NCBI RefSeq assembly: GCF_006345805.1
Contig: NW_021833950.1
Coordinates: 1 to 51,752 of the forward strand
DNA from: Octopus sinensis
Taxonomy: Eukaryota
Length of the DNA stretch: 51,752 nt
Reading direction: 5' to 3'
Notes under the pieces: model-generated
The model's input: the letters and a program-made list of their open reading frames with translations, nothing else
Told to the model about the DNA's origin: nothing
Databases searched by the model: none
Made by a program: the position numbers and the translations under genes
Shown here: positions 36,342 through 48,815 of the stretch, in pieces
Numbering within the stretch: the first letter of the stretch is position 1
How the letters are laid out: every line of letters starts with the position of its first letter

Positions 36342-38426
36342 TTATAGATAAGGGTTAGTGCAAGTTAATTGATTGAACACCTTATCTTTACACGAAAAAG
36401 GAAAAACTAACCAGGGAGGAACGCATTAGAAGTAATAGCTGACAAATTCTCCTTTAAACTGCGCTGCATCGATTTACAAAAAGATTGACAGATTCGTTCA
36501 ATAATACAGTACGAGATCAAATATACAGGAATAAAAGACAGAACGTTACGGCTGGATTGCTTCTGATCACAGGTCCCTTTCTTAAATCATGGTTGACTTG
36601 AGCTGAATAACAACGTCAGAATCACTTTTGAAAACAACACAAGTATCAACCTAAATAACAATAACAACAACAACACAGGATTTAACAAAAGTACCTATAA
36701 CACTTACGACAATAGCAGCTAGACATGAAACGGCAAGACGACGAGTGAACCGGAAAGAGAAACTCTTTGAAGTCGCTCAAAACTACAAGAGATAGCTTTG
36801 AAATATATGTCAACTTAAAAAAAAAGGAGAAGAAAAACGCATCGGATGGTGAAGTCCGGATGTACTCTACATGAAAAAGAGATAAGTGGATACATTCGGA
36901 ATGACTTTAATCAGGGGAATGTCTTTAGGATCATTAATGAGTTGGGGCAATCAACAACAAAGAACTTTGAGATATAAAACCAGTTTCATACAGTTTCTTT
37001 GTCAAATCACGCTTGTATCGTAAATTGTTGAAGTACTAATTAAATTTACGGTATTACCATGATGTATAACGACTGGATGGATTTCCGCGGTTGTAGCTTA
37101 CTGAGCGGTTGGAAAGAAATTTGTTTGAACCAAAATCACAGAATTTCTTGGTGATGTATTTGAAACTAGGAACTACCAGTCACTGAGTTGTTAAAATCGT
37201 ATAGTACTCAATTATGGCAGTCACTTGCATTCAGTAGTCTCGGAGTATATAACGAAAACTCTATTCATTCATTTATTTCTGTCCAGTACATTCTATGAAG
37301 AGATATTGACTGAACCGATAAAAGTTAAAACTATACCCAAATAACAGAGGGAACGTCTGCAAATTCTATATGAAACAATGACGGAAGTACAACATGAGCC
37401 AATGAGGAAATCTTAACTCGAGCCATAATAGAAAGCCTCCGTGAACCGAGGATGGAAGCTCAGTAAAGCCTAGTATTCCAACCCAATCGTAGACATAGTT
37501 AACCGAGGATGGAAGCTCCAAACTTAGAAGCTGACTGCGAGCATATGATGGAAGTTCTACTTGAGACGGCTACTATATCTCTACAAGGTTATTGATGTTT
37601 TAAGAGGTTAAGTGAAGAAATGGCTGCTTATCGTCAAGGTTGAGCAAGCATGCAGAGATTCCTTTACTGGCTCACCTTTATAATACCACTCTGACAGCCA
37701 AATTCATTTACTTTTGGCAAAGGATATTTAATTAAGGAGAACCTACAGCCTAGTACACAAAACAGCCGGCACGCCCTTATATCGAATGCTTTTCAATATA
37801 GATATTTTTATGATGGGTTGACTAAGGCTGAACGGCAAAAACAACAACGGCCTCATTGATGGCCTCCCGTTCGTTCATAATTCTAAACTTATCGTTCGGC
37901 GCGGTATATGAATAGTGCGATATCAGTTTACATCCTTGTAGTTTGAGACCATCTTGGGGTCATATTACTTGGCAATGTGAAAATTTCATTGGTCGTAATA
38001 CGGTAGGCGCCATCAATCTCTCACCTTGTACCTCAACATCGTATTACCTCAATCTAACGGCAGCCTTATAACTTTACCAATTGATGCAAAAGGAAGCCCT
38101 TCTTGTTTCAATGCTATTGATTTTTAACCCTAGGTTTATAGTCACAAAAGAGACTTGTGAAAAATGTCATATGAAACATAATTTTTCATCTTTTTCAAAA
38201 TATCAAAGAATATACTGCAAAATGCATACTTTTCTGTTGCTATTTTTATAAAGAGTTACGACTGATTTGAGGGAAATATGACTAATATAATTTCTAGTAA
38301 GGACAGCAATCATGTTTAATGGTTCTTGGGTTGCTTAACTACATTGAGCAGATGCATATATTCATCCTTAGGTGCACGTGTATAAGGTTGTTTTGGATGT
38401 ATATTGAATGTTAATATGTTGCGTGT

Positions 38427-38814
38427 GGATGGAAGCACTCCGTCGGTTACGACGACGAGGGTTCCGGTTGATCCGAATCAACGGAACAGCCTGCTCGTGA
38501 AATTAACGTGTAAGTGGCTGAGCACTCCACAGACACGTGTACCCTTAACGTAGTTCTCGGAGATATTCAGCGTGACACAGAGAGTGACAAGGCCGGCACT
38601 TTGAAATAGAGGTACAACAGAAACAGGAAGTAAGAGTGAGAGAAAGTTGTGGTGAAAGAGTACAGCAGGGATCACCACCATCCCCTGCCGGAGCCTCGTG
38701 GAGTTTTAGGTGTTTTCGCTCAATAAACACTCACAACGCCCAGTCTGGGAATCGAAACCGTGATCCTATGACCGCGAGTCAGCTGCACTAACCACTGGGC
38801 CATTGCGCCTCCAC
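38427..38814 (-). mobile_element. SINE family C, full length, 11-bp TSD ATGTTGCGTGT
   Basis: TSD at 38416-38426 and 38815-38825; paralog of 4654-5038. Confidence 0.9.
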
Positions 38815-39201
38815 ATGTTGCGTGTATCTGTTCATATGTGTGTGTGAATTTGTTTGACTGTTTGTGCCTGTGTGTGGAGAGGGATAGAGGTGATGAGTCT
38901 ATCCTCTTCATATGTTTTAGCTTCTTCTTTTCAAATGCTTCACCTCCTCATTAGACTATCTGTTTTAACGGGACCCAAGCAACATAATGACATTATCTTC
39001 TACAACTTTTTCCAAACCCTACATAATTTGCCAGGGTCTCAATATCTTTCTGAACTTTGTGTAGCTTTGGGCGTCTGGATAACATGTAAAGTAAAAAAAT
39101 ACAAATAGACGCGAGTATAGATGCCAGAAAATCCGAGAAACCTTCCCTATCAGTTTATGTCTCGGGAAAGACCTCTAGCTAATCTTATATATATTTATAA
39201 C

Positions 39202-39615
39202 CGTAGGAGTGGCTGTGTGGTAAGTAGCTTGCTAACCAACCTCATGGTTCTAGGTTCAGTTCCACTGCGTGGCATCTTCGGCAAGTGTCTTCTGCTATAG
39301 CCCCGGGCCGACCAATGCCTTGTGAGTGGATTTGGTAGACAGAAACTGAAAGAAGCCTGTCGTATATATGTATATATATATATGTATGTGTGTGTTTGTG
39401 TGTCTGTGTTTGTCTCCCTAGCATTGCTTGACAACCGATGCTGGTGTTTTTACGTCCCCGTCACTTAGCGGTTCGGCAAAAGAGACCGATAGAATAAGTA
39501 CTGGGCTTACAAAAAGAATAAGTCCCGGGGTCGATTTGCTCGATTAATGGCGGTGCTCCAGCATGGCCGCAGTCAAATGACTGAAACAAGTAAAAGAGTA
39601 AAAGAGTAAAGAGTA
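39202..39615 (+). mobile_element. SINE family A
   Basis: Similarity to other family A copies. Confidence 0.9.
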
Positions 39616-39941
39616 AGTCTGCCCATGACAGTTAAATACCATTCCTAAGATTCTCAACATTCATACGATTTTTATTTCACTCTCGAGATTCCTCCATATT
39701 ATTCATTGCAACGATAACGTTGATTGTTTTCCAGAATTCACAAATTCTAAGTTTATCCTCCCCATCAGTTGGAATTACGAGATATTTCAAAGATCTTCTA
39801 AGGTAATACGACTTGAAATTAATCATCCATCCGTAATCCGTGAGTGAAGCACTGAAGGTTTCTCCTTGGCAACTTACTCCGTTTTACATTATTAAAACAT
39901 CTACAAAGGCAATGCTTTGTAAAAAATATCATGCATCTCAA

Positions 39942-40362
39942 TGTAGGAGTGGTTGTGTGGCAAGTAGCTTGCTAACCAACTACATGGTTCCGGGTTCAAT
40001 CCCACTGCGTGGCACCTTGGGCAAGTGTCTTCTACTATAGCCTCGGGCTGACCAAAATCTTGTGAGTGGATTTGGTTGACGGAAGCTGAAAGAAGCCCGT
40101 CGTATATATGTATATATATATATACATATATATGTATGTGTGTTTGTGTGTCTGTGTTTGTCCCCCTAGCATTGCTAGACAAACGGTGCTGGTGTGTTTA
40201 TGTCCCCGTTACTTAGCAGTTCGGCAAAAGAGACCGATAGAATAAGTACTGGGCTTACAAAATAATAAGTCCCGGGGTCTAGCTACTAGACTAAAGGCGG
40301 TGCTCCAGTATGGCCGCAGTCAAATGACTGAAACAAGTAAAAGAGTAAAAGAGTAAAGAGTA
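39942..40362 (+). mobile_element. SINE family A
   Basis: Similarity to other family A copies. Confidence 0.9.
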
Positions 40363-40513
40363 TGTCAATGTACCAATACAGGAAACGCAAAATTTGATTA
40401 GTAAGCCACTTTTGAAAAAGGCTAGTGAGTATCTAACTCCCTCTTTTACGTAAAAAGAAAATTTAATACAACCTTTCAAAGGGTTCGTTTTAGAAGCGAC
40501 GTACATGTATATA

Positions 40514-40922
40514 GGCGCAGGAGTGGCTGTGTGGTAAGTAGCTTGTTTACCAACCACATGGTTCCGGGTTCAGTCCCACTGCGTGGCACTCTTGGTAAGT
40601 GTCTTCTACTATAGCCTCGGGCTGACCAAAATCTTGTGAGTGGATTTGGTAGACGGAAACTGAAAAGAAGCCCGTCGTATATATGTAAATATATATGCAT
40701 GTGTATGTTTGTGTGTCTGTGTTTGTCCCCCTAGCATTGCTTGACAACCGATGCTGGTGTGTTTATGTCACCGTTACTTAGTGGTTCGGCAAAAGAGACC
40801 GATAGAATAAGTACTGGGCTCACAAAAGTATAAGTCCCGGGGTCGATTTGCTCGATTAAAGGCGGTGCTCCAGCATGGCCGCAGTCAAATGACTGAAAGA
40901 AGTAAAAGAGTAAAAGAGTAAA
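40514..40922 (+). mobile_element. SINE family A
   Basis: Similarity to other family A copies. Confidence 0.9.
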
Positions 40923-42204
40923 GGATTTAATTTCATATCCCCAGCGCCTTTTCTTTTTCTCCGCAAGAAGGTTCAGATGAATTTAGAAGATTAACAAATT
41001 ATATTGAAATTGCCCTTCCAGAAAAACCGAGTTACACCATTTTTTTACACCTACTTCTCGTGCAAAGATACCTCCAGCTATACTGTTCGTCCTTCAATTA
41101 GTATTAGTAGTAGCAACGTCTGCTTCGTCACAGGCAGCTTCAACGATCATTTTTATGTGTTTTATGTGCCTCGTAAACATTTCAGGCAAGAATTTACTAG
41201 CAGAAAACTCACGATATCAGAATCTGCATATTCCACAATCTGCAAAATGGCATATAAAAATTTAGCTTTCACTTGAAAATCTATCGTGTTTATCGTCATA
41301 TTAGGCCCTCTTCGGTTGCCTATCCGCTGTATTGGAGTCGTGACTTCAGCATTTTTAAAATACAAAGTAACTTTTACTTAATGGAATAACTGCTTCAGCA
41401 CCCGACCTAAATTTATCCTCGCTTCTTCGTAATACTACCGATGGAAACGTTGCAAGTATCAACGGTTTAGTAATTTTTATATCTACTGTAAACCAAGGTT
41501 AACATTTAAAGACTGCATTCCATAGTACTGTCTTCACTTCTATATGATAAGCTCTTATAACATTCCTTGACTAAGGGTGTTGTACTCTAACGTAAAACCT
41601 AGAATTTCAACCCAATCGTAGACATAGTTAAACATGAAGCTCCACACGAACAGCATAACAGCTGCAGAATTCGAAGAAGGCGTTTCACGTCGCAAAAATG
41701 TAGTCTATATGCTAGAATATAATTAGAAAATTCGAAGGTTTAGAGAGAATAAAAGAAACTTACATCCTCTAAGAGGATTCAAAAGTAAAAGAAACTGTAG
41801 TTTGATTAGAATGACAATTGAATTTGTTGTGGCAATACAGAAAGTGATGCCGAGAAGAGGGCGGGTAGAATAATGCAAGTACGTTAAACTCAATGAAAAT
41901 TAAGAGTACCAGAATTTATACAAAATAGATGTGAAAGTACAAAAAACATAGTAGAAACTCATTTGTGCTGTCAATTGAAAACATGTATAATCTTTTTATC
42001 TTTTAAAATTCCAAATTTCACTCAGATTCGATATTTGGAGATCATATTTTTAAAAATATTATATGGGTGAAATCCTGGAATCCGAGTTCCCATAGATCGA
42101 AATATACACATAGAATTCGAATACTACCGGGTATAGGGAATGAGCTCCATTTGTACTCTAATACGTTCCTAACGGAATACACTTTAAATTATATATATAT
42201 ATAT

Positions 42205-42892
42205 ATTTATCAATATAGGGTAGCAAAAAAATTCAAGAAAAATTTTCTGCAACCAGCGGTCAAGTGAGAAAATAGAAATAGTCACAGACTATATAATATA
42301 TTCAACAAAAATATTAAGGAATGACCCTGAGAGGTCGTTCAACTCACTTGAAAAGAGCAGCCAAACTCAAACCGCAAAAATAGTAGTAATTCTGAAAGCT
42401 AAAGGAGAAATAAAAACATTTATCCCTTTCAACTTTGTACCCTGCAAGGTTTCAACAATTTTTACGCAATCGAACTTAATTAAATTAAATTAAATCCGAT
42501 TACGATTGGCTTGTTTCATCAGCAAAGTCGCCAAAAGAAAAGGAGAACATATACACACGAGGCGACTCCACTGAAGCCCCGAGTGTATATATCCTAATTT
42601 TTCGAAATTCAACGTAACCGCGCCAACTACTCAGCAGCAAATATAAACTGCTGATACAATTTCAGAATTAGTCAAAAATTATTAATTTATCAATATAGGG
42701 TAGCAAAAAAATTCAAGAAAAATTCAAGAAAAATTTTCTGCAACCAGCGGTCAAGTGAGAAAATAGAAATAGTCACAGACTATATGATATATTCAACAAA
42801 AATATTAAGGAATGACCCTGAGAGGTCGTTCAACTCCCTTGAAAAGAGCAGCCAAACTCAAACCGCAAAAATAGTAGTAATTCTGAAAGCTA
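42205..42892. repeat. Direct duplication of about 197 bp (42205-42401 and 42685-42892)
   Basis: Direct; 2 substitutions plus an 11-bp micro-duplication (aaattcaagaa) in copy 2. Confidence 0.95.
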
Positions 42893-43049
42893 TTTGTTGA
42901 ATATATATATATATATATATAATATTAGGGAGTATAACTCCATACTTAAAGGGAAAAATTCAATTTAGTATTAAATTATAATATATATATCAAACCACGT
43001 GGTCTATGGACTAATATTGGATTTCTCTGATTTTGGACTTCTTGGATTT

Positions 43050-43290
43050 GCGATATTTTTGGTCATGCATTGCTCTGAGCAACATCGTAAGATTGTGGTT
43101 TCGATTTCTGGACAGAGCGATGCATTATTGTCTTGAGCAAAACACTTCCATTCAGTCCCTTGTGCTGACAAGAATATATACTCTGGCGATTGTCTGGCGT
43201 CCGGTCCAGGATTTGGGGCGAGTATAGATGCCAGAAAATCCGGGAAACCTTCCCTATTAGTTTATGTCTCGAGAAAGACCCCTAGCTTAA
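43050..43290 (+). mobile_element. Degenerate SINE with a V-domain-like segment; its 3' end recurs at 39109-39180
   Basis: gtttcgatttc...gtcttgagcaaaacactt...tggcgtccggtccagg; gcgagtatagatgccagaaaatccg is shared with 39111. Confidence 0.55.
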
Positions 43291-44148
43291 CTGATATATA
43301 TATATATATTTGTACGCCTGTGCATTTTCGTTGTTATTTTCCTCTCTGTAAATATATATTTATGTGTGTGTATTTAGACAAGTTCATGATCTGTAACCTC
43401 GAAGTTTCACCGGTTTCTTGTCCTCGTCGGTTGGAGTTTGACGAGATTGGTATTCTGCGCAAGCTCTGTTTGAAATATCACCAACTATACTTGTTGTGAT
43501 AACTTTATTTAGCTATTGCTCACATTTATATTTTGGCAACCTCACTATTAATATTATACAAAGGGATCATATCCATCACCAGCCATCACTAGCTAATGAT
43601 TATGTGTTAGAAGAATGTTTTATAATTTAGCTAATTGTTATACCTGCCAATGTTATCACGAAGAGACATATGATCTCATCCTTCTCAGCCAGGACCCAAC
43701 GAGGTATCCATGTTTTGACAGCTGGAGTAACAGAAGACGGAATTATATCAATCTGATTAACCTCGAGGAACATGAAATTAGGTATTTACTTAGCGGCAGA
43801 ATGTCCCGCCCCTTCTAAGAATAAAATATAAAATCACATAAACGTGACCTCCACGCAATATACAATTGGACAGGCGCCTTCTAAACGCACACACAGGCAC
43901 ACACATGTGGTGCACAAGCGTGCGTATATAATTTGGGTGAAGGATTAAATTGAGTGCGCAAATTTTACAATCCATATCCGCCCTTGCTTGCCCTTTGTCA
44001 ATGGTTCTCAAACGGAGTCCATACCAGATTTTGTTGTTAAAATGTTTCTGCAATAAATTTATTATACTTCTACAATAAAGAAATTATTTTAACATTTTTA
44101 AAAAATACAATACTTAATAATGTTCAATTATAAAAATTATATGTTTTT

Positions 44149-44444
44149 GTGGAGGTGCAATGACCCAGTGGTTAGGGCAGCGGACTCGCGGTTTCGATTC
44201 CAAGACCGGGTGTTGTATGTGTTTATTGAGCGAAAATACGTAAAAATCTTCACGAGGCTCTGGCAGGGGGTGGTGGTGACCCCTGTTGTACTCTTTAACC
44301 CCAGCTTTCTTTCACTCTTTCTTCCTATTTTTTGGGTAACCCTGCTATGGACTGGCGTCCCGTCCAACTGGGGGGAACACATACGCCACATAAACCGGAA
44401 ACCGGGCCCGTGAGCCTGGGTAGTCTTGAAAAGGGCGCATAAAA
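44149..44444 (+). mobile_element. Chimeric SINE: family C 5' part + V-domain-like 3' part, 10-bp TSD
   Basis: TSD ATATGTTTTT at 44139-44148 and 44445-44454; ggtaacctgctatggactggcgtcccgtcca resembles the V-SINE core. Confidence 0.75.
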
Positions 44445-45303
44445 ATATGTTTTTGTACCATCAAAAGTTTATGAGGGAAAATCCGAGTAAAACGTGAATC
44501 AAAGGGGATCCTTAGGTAAAACAAAAATGTTGAGTAACAATGTCTTAGATTATTGTCTTCTGCTGCAAGCGTATAGGGTAGTATCAGGAAATCTGTGAAA
44601 TAAAAGAGGCTCATTTCCGTTGCCCTTGTTCTATTAATTGAACGGGATTCTACACTTCCATTATGCATACACTCATGTATATACATAGTAATATACACAC
44701 GCACAATTATATGTATACATACATACGTAAATATTTATATACGTTGGTAGATAGGTAGGTTGGTAAGTAGGTAGGTAGTTAAGATTTTGCTTAGACATAG
44801 CGACACTTGGTATTAGAACGCAATGTACAAAAATCTTAAGAATAAAGCATTTGTCGAGTACAGAGCATAATTTGAAATTAAATAATTGACAAGGGATCAA
44901 CAATTACTTATTCAAATTCATTAGCTTATACTTTAGGGAGCAACTGTCTTCGACGACTCATTTTTTTTGTCATTGCTCGAAATGTGGAGTAGATAGACAG
45001 CCAACAACTGATGAAGGGTCATTCTTTGTAATACTTGTCCTATTTTTTTCTCTCGTTATTTGCGTATTTAAAACATTTGTTTTCGTAGTTCATACTTTTA
45101 GTGACGTCCTTTAGCCATATAGGCGCTAAATATATATGTGTGTGTGTGTATGTGTGTATCAGTGTGTGTGTGTGTGTGTGTCAGTGTGTGAGTATACCTG
45201 TATATTATTTGAATATATATATATATTAATATATATACATGTACATTTGTGTCTATATACGTGAATATGTGTATATGTATGTGTCTGTGTAATATGCAGG
45301 TAC

Positions 45304-45332
<29 letters not shown>

Positions 45333-45334
<2 letters not shown>

Positions 45335-45537
45335 GCCCGCGTGTGTACCGTTGGCGATGTTTTTTTCCTCCGTCTTCCCTTCTCTGGATCTTTCCTTTTC
45401 CTATGTTTCTGACGAAGAGCTCCGCTCGAAATGTTAGACCCTCCTTCTTCCCGTCCTTCCTGAGCGTCCAATAATACTATATTTGTTCCACGTCCCCATG
45501 TTGTGTTTTCTCTTTGTGTTTTCATCTTTGGATTAAC

Positions 45538-45538
<1 letters not shown>
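45333..45538 (+). mobile_element. Short HHR-bearing repeat (GAGC-stem family), inside (TA)n
   Basis: (TA)n on both sides; layout as at 23040-23200. Confidence 0.6.
45405..45439 (+). ncRNA. Minimal hammerhead motif
   Basis: GUUU-CUGACGA-A-GAGC-UCC-GCUC-GAAAU-GUU-AGAC; stem I GUUU/AGAC; C15.2 to U looks like CpG decay. Confidence 0.6.
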
Positions 45539-45571
<33 letters not shown>

Positions 45572-45855
45572 TACACAAACACACACACATAATGTTTTTT
45601 TGTGTTTGTAAGTGCGTGTGTGTGCCCGCGCGAGAATTTGCTGCTAAGTTCGTCGCTCTAAGGGTTTCGTGAGACTACAGGCTGGAGACGCAAGCATCTG
45701 ATTCCTTTTATAGGGCTAAGACAAGCTGAAGAACTTCTACAATAAGTGTGTGGATATGAGAGGGGCATTTGTTGAATGAAATCACATTCATCTGATCCTC
45801 CTGCATCTTACTTTTACCCAAGGCCAGCAATCTTTCAGCATCCTGGCGTAATCAT

Positions 45856-45995
45856 GTGTGTGTATGTGTATATATATATATATATATACATACATACATG
45901 TATACATGTATATATATACATATATATATATATATATACATACATATATATGTACATACCTATATATACATATATATATACATACATATATATAC

Positions 45996-46032
<37 letters not shown>

Positions 46033-46350
46033 CACACATATATATACATATATATATACATATATATACACATATATATATGCATATATATATACATATA
46101 TATACATATGTATATATATATATGTATGCATATGTATATATATGTATGCATATGTATATATATATATGTGTATATATATATATGTGTATATATATATATA
46201 TATGTGTGTGTATATATATATATGTATATATATATATATTTATGTATGTATATATAATTGTATGTATATGTATAAATATATTCATATATACATACATATA
46301 TATATACGCATATATATATGTGTAGAGACATATATATACTTACATATATA
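45856..46350. repeat. (TA)n/(TACA)n compound microsatellite
   Basis: Direct. Confidence 0.9.
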
Positions 46351-46539
46351 TAAAGTGAGAGAGAGAGTGTGTGGGGGGGAGGAGAGGAAGATAGATGTGT
46401 GAGCGTTTCTATGTATCTATATATGTGAATGTAAGCAAAAGTAGAAATGCGAGTAAGAGGTAAATATTCCATCAATTTGGAGCAGATCGGAAAGGAACAA
46501 CTCGGGGTAGTCTTTTGAAGGTCTTACCTTCTCATCTAA

Positions 46540-47105
46540 ACGTTCCCGCTCTCTCTTCTTTGTCTCCCGCCCAGTTTCTCTCTCATTATGTATCTATGTC
46601 TATCTCTCTCTTCTCTCCCTCTGTTGCCTTCTCTCTCTATCTGCTCGTCTCTCTCTTTATCTCTCTCTGCTCGTCTCTCTCTCTCTCTCTCTACTCGTCT
46701 CTCTCTCTCTACTCGTCTCTCTCTCTCTACTCGTCTCTCTCTCTCTACTCTTCTCTCTCTCTGCTCCTCTCTCACTCTCTCTACTTGTCTCTCTCTCTGC
46801 TCCTCTCTCACTCTCTCTACTCGTCTCTCTCTCTCTCTACTCGTCTCTCTCTCTCTCTCTTCTCGTCTTTCTCTCTCTGCTCTTCTCTCTCTCCCCCTTT
46901 CTCTGTCTTACTCTCAATCTTTATTTCTTTCGCTCAGAAAGTGTTTCACTCTTTCTCTTTCTGCCTCATTCTCTCAACACCCCTCTCTCATTCTCAGTGT
47001 ATCTCTTTCTCTCTCTCTGCTCATCTCTCTCTCTTTCTCTTCCAGTCTGTATTCCCCTCCACCTCCCTCTCTCTCATTTCTCAATCTCTCAATGATTTCC
47101 CTCAA

Positions 47106-47151
<46 letters not shown>

Positions 47152-47270
47152 TTTCTCTTTCTTAGTTTCCCTGTATGTTTCCTTCTCTCTCTCCCTCTCA
47201 CTCTCCCATCTACGGCGCCGGTCTCATTAGAGAAATAAATAAGAGTTGAACACACACGCATACAGAGACC

Positions 47271-47343
<73 letters not shown>

Positions 47344-47541
47344 GCACGCCCTAACGTCCTTCCCACTTACACCTCCTACACACGCATTAATTCTCCTTCC
47401 CTCACTTCCTATCCGACTCTCTCACTCTCACTCTCTCTCTCTCTCTCATACTATTATTTCTCTCTTTCCTTGTTATACTCTTCTCTCTCTCTCTCTCCCT
47501 CTCTCGCCTCATACGTAAGCATAAACGTTCATACTGTGTTC

Positions 47542-47577
<36 letters not shown>

Positions 47578-47640
47578 GACTCACACGCACACACCCACCC
47601 ACCCACACATACATCAACACCCACACCCACGCATGCTACT
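46540..47640. repeat. (CT)n-rich field with an 18-bp unit (ctactcgtctctctctct) and (CA)n tracts
   Basis: Direct. Confidence 0.9.
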
Positions 47641-47801
47641 GCTATTTTTTGCCGTTCTTAATTAGTATATGTGCGTATGGGTGTACAGGAGTGTGTCTCC
47701 GGTTGCGGCAATAAGAATGCACGTACAACCATTGGCGAATGTATGAATGCACGTGTGTAAGAGGGAAAATATGTATATCTATATATATATATATATATAT
47801 A

Positions 47802-48029
47802 TTTTCTTTATTGCCCACAAGGGGCTAAACATAGAAGGGACAAACAAGGACGGACTAAGGGATTAGGTCTATTACATCGAACCCCAGTGCGAAACTGGTA
47901 CTTTATTTATCGACCCAGAAAGGATGAAAGGCAAAGTCGACCTCGGCGGAATTTGAACTCAGAACGTAGCGACAGACAAAATACTGCTGAGCATTTCGCC
48001 CTGCGTGCTAACGTTTCTGCCAGCTCGCA
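47802..48029 (-). mobile_element. SINE family B, full length
   Basis: Reverse complement similarity to 9884-10112. Confidence 0.88.
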
Positions 48030-48052
48030 GCTGATATATATATATCTATCTA

Positions 48053-48087
<35 letters not shown>

Positions 48088-48128
48088 GTATATAATATAT
48101 ATATAATATATATATGTATATATGTATA

Positions 48129-48168
<40 letters not shown>

Positions 48169-48771
48169 TATATATATATATATATATATATGAACATACG
48201 TGTCTGTGTTCGTGTGTGTGTGTATGTGTGGGTATCTGTATCTACGTCTCTCTCTATCTTTCTCTCTCTCTCATTTTACGAATTTTCGTATATTTTCATT
48301 TGTCTTGCTTATTTTTTACACTTTGTTTTTTTTTTGCTGAGTTTTTTCTTGAGAACACATTCTTCGCGGAAAATAGCGCTTTTGACGTCTATATCTAGCA
48401 TATTGACCGTCCACTTTTAGTGGTCAGTCCTTTAAATTTTGTATGTAAAAGAATATTTTAATCTTCGGATTTTTTTAATATGTTAGGCCACTGGTTTTAA
48501 TTGATTAATATCAATTTCTACCCCCATTCAATTTATGGACAAATGTATGTAGTCGGAACTACCTGCGGGTGTGCAGTATCGAACCGGTATGAATGGAAGA
48601 ATGTACGTGTATGCTGTATGTGTCGTATGTGAATACGCGAACATATGTTTACATAAGGTATGAATGTATACAGGAGTACTACTATACACGTGTGTATGTC
48701 TAGATTTAAAGGAATGTATACGTATATATAAATGTATGTTTAAATATTTGTATGATACGATGAATTTCTCT

Positions 48772-48815
<44 letters not shown>

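Noticed and set aside
37444-37518. 18-bp repeat / 39-bp spacer / 18-bp repeat as a mini-CRISPR
   Set aside because: There are only two exact repeats, and they are better explained as a 57-bp tandem unit.
43722-43781. 60-nt plus-strand AG...GT candidate exon
   Set aside because: The pyrimidine tract is short, the peptide is unrecognised, and it is on the opposite strand to the other exon candidate.
45004-45038. HHR-like ACAA-CUGAUGA-AGGG/CUUU-GUAAUAC-UUGU
   Set aside because: Stems I and II are plausible, but GAAA is altered and no stem III or NUH can be drawn. It is not counted among the HHRs; worth rechecking against a consensus.
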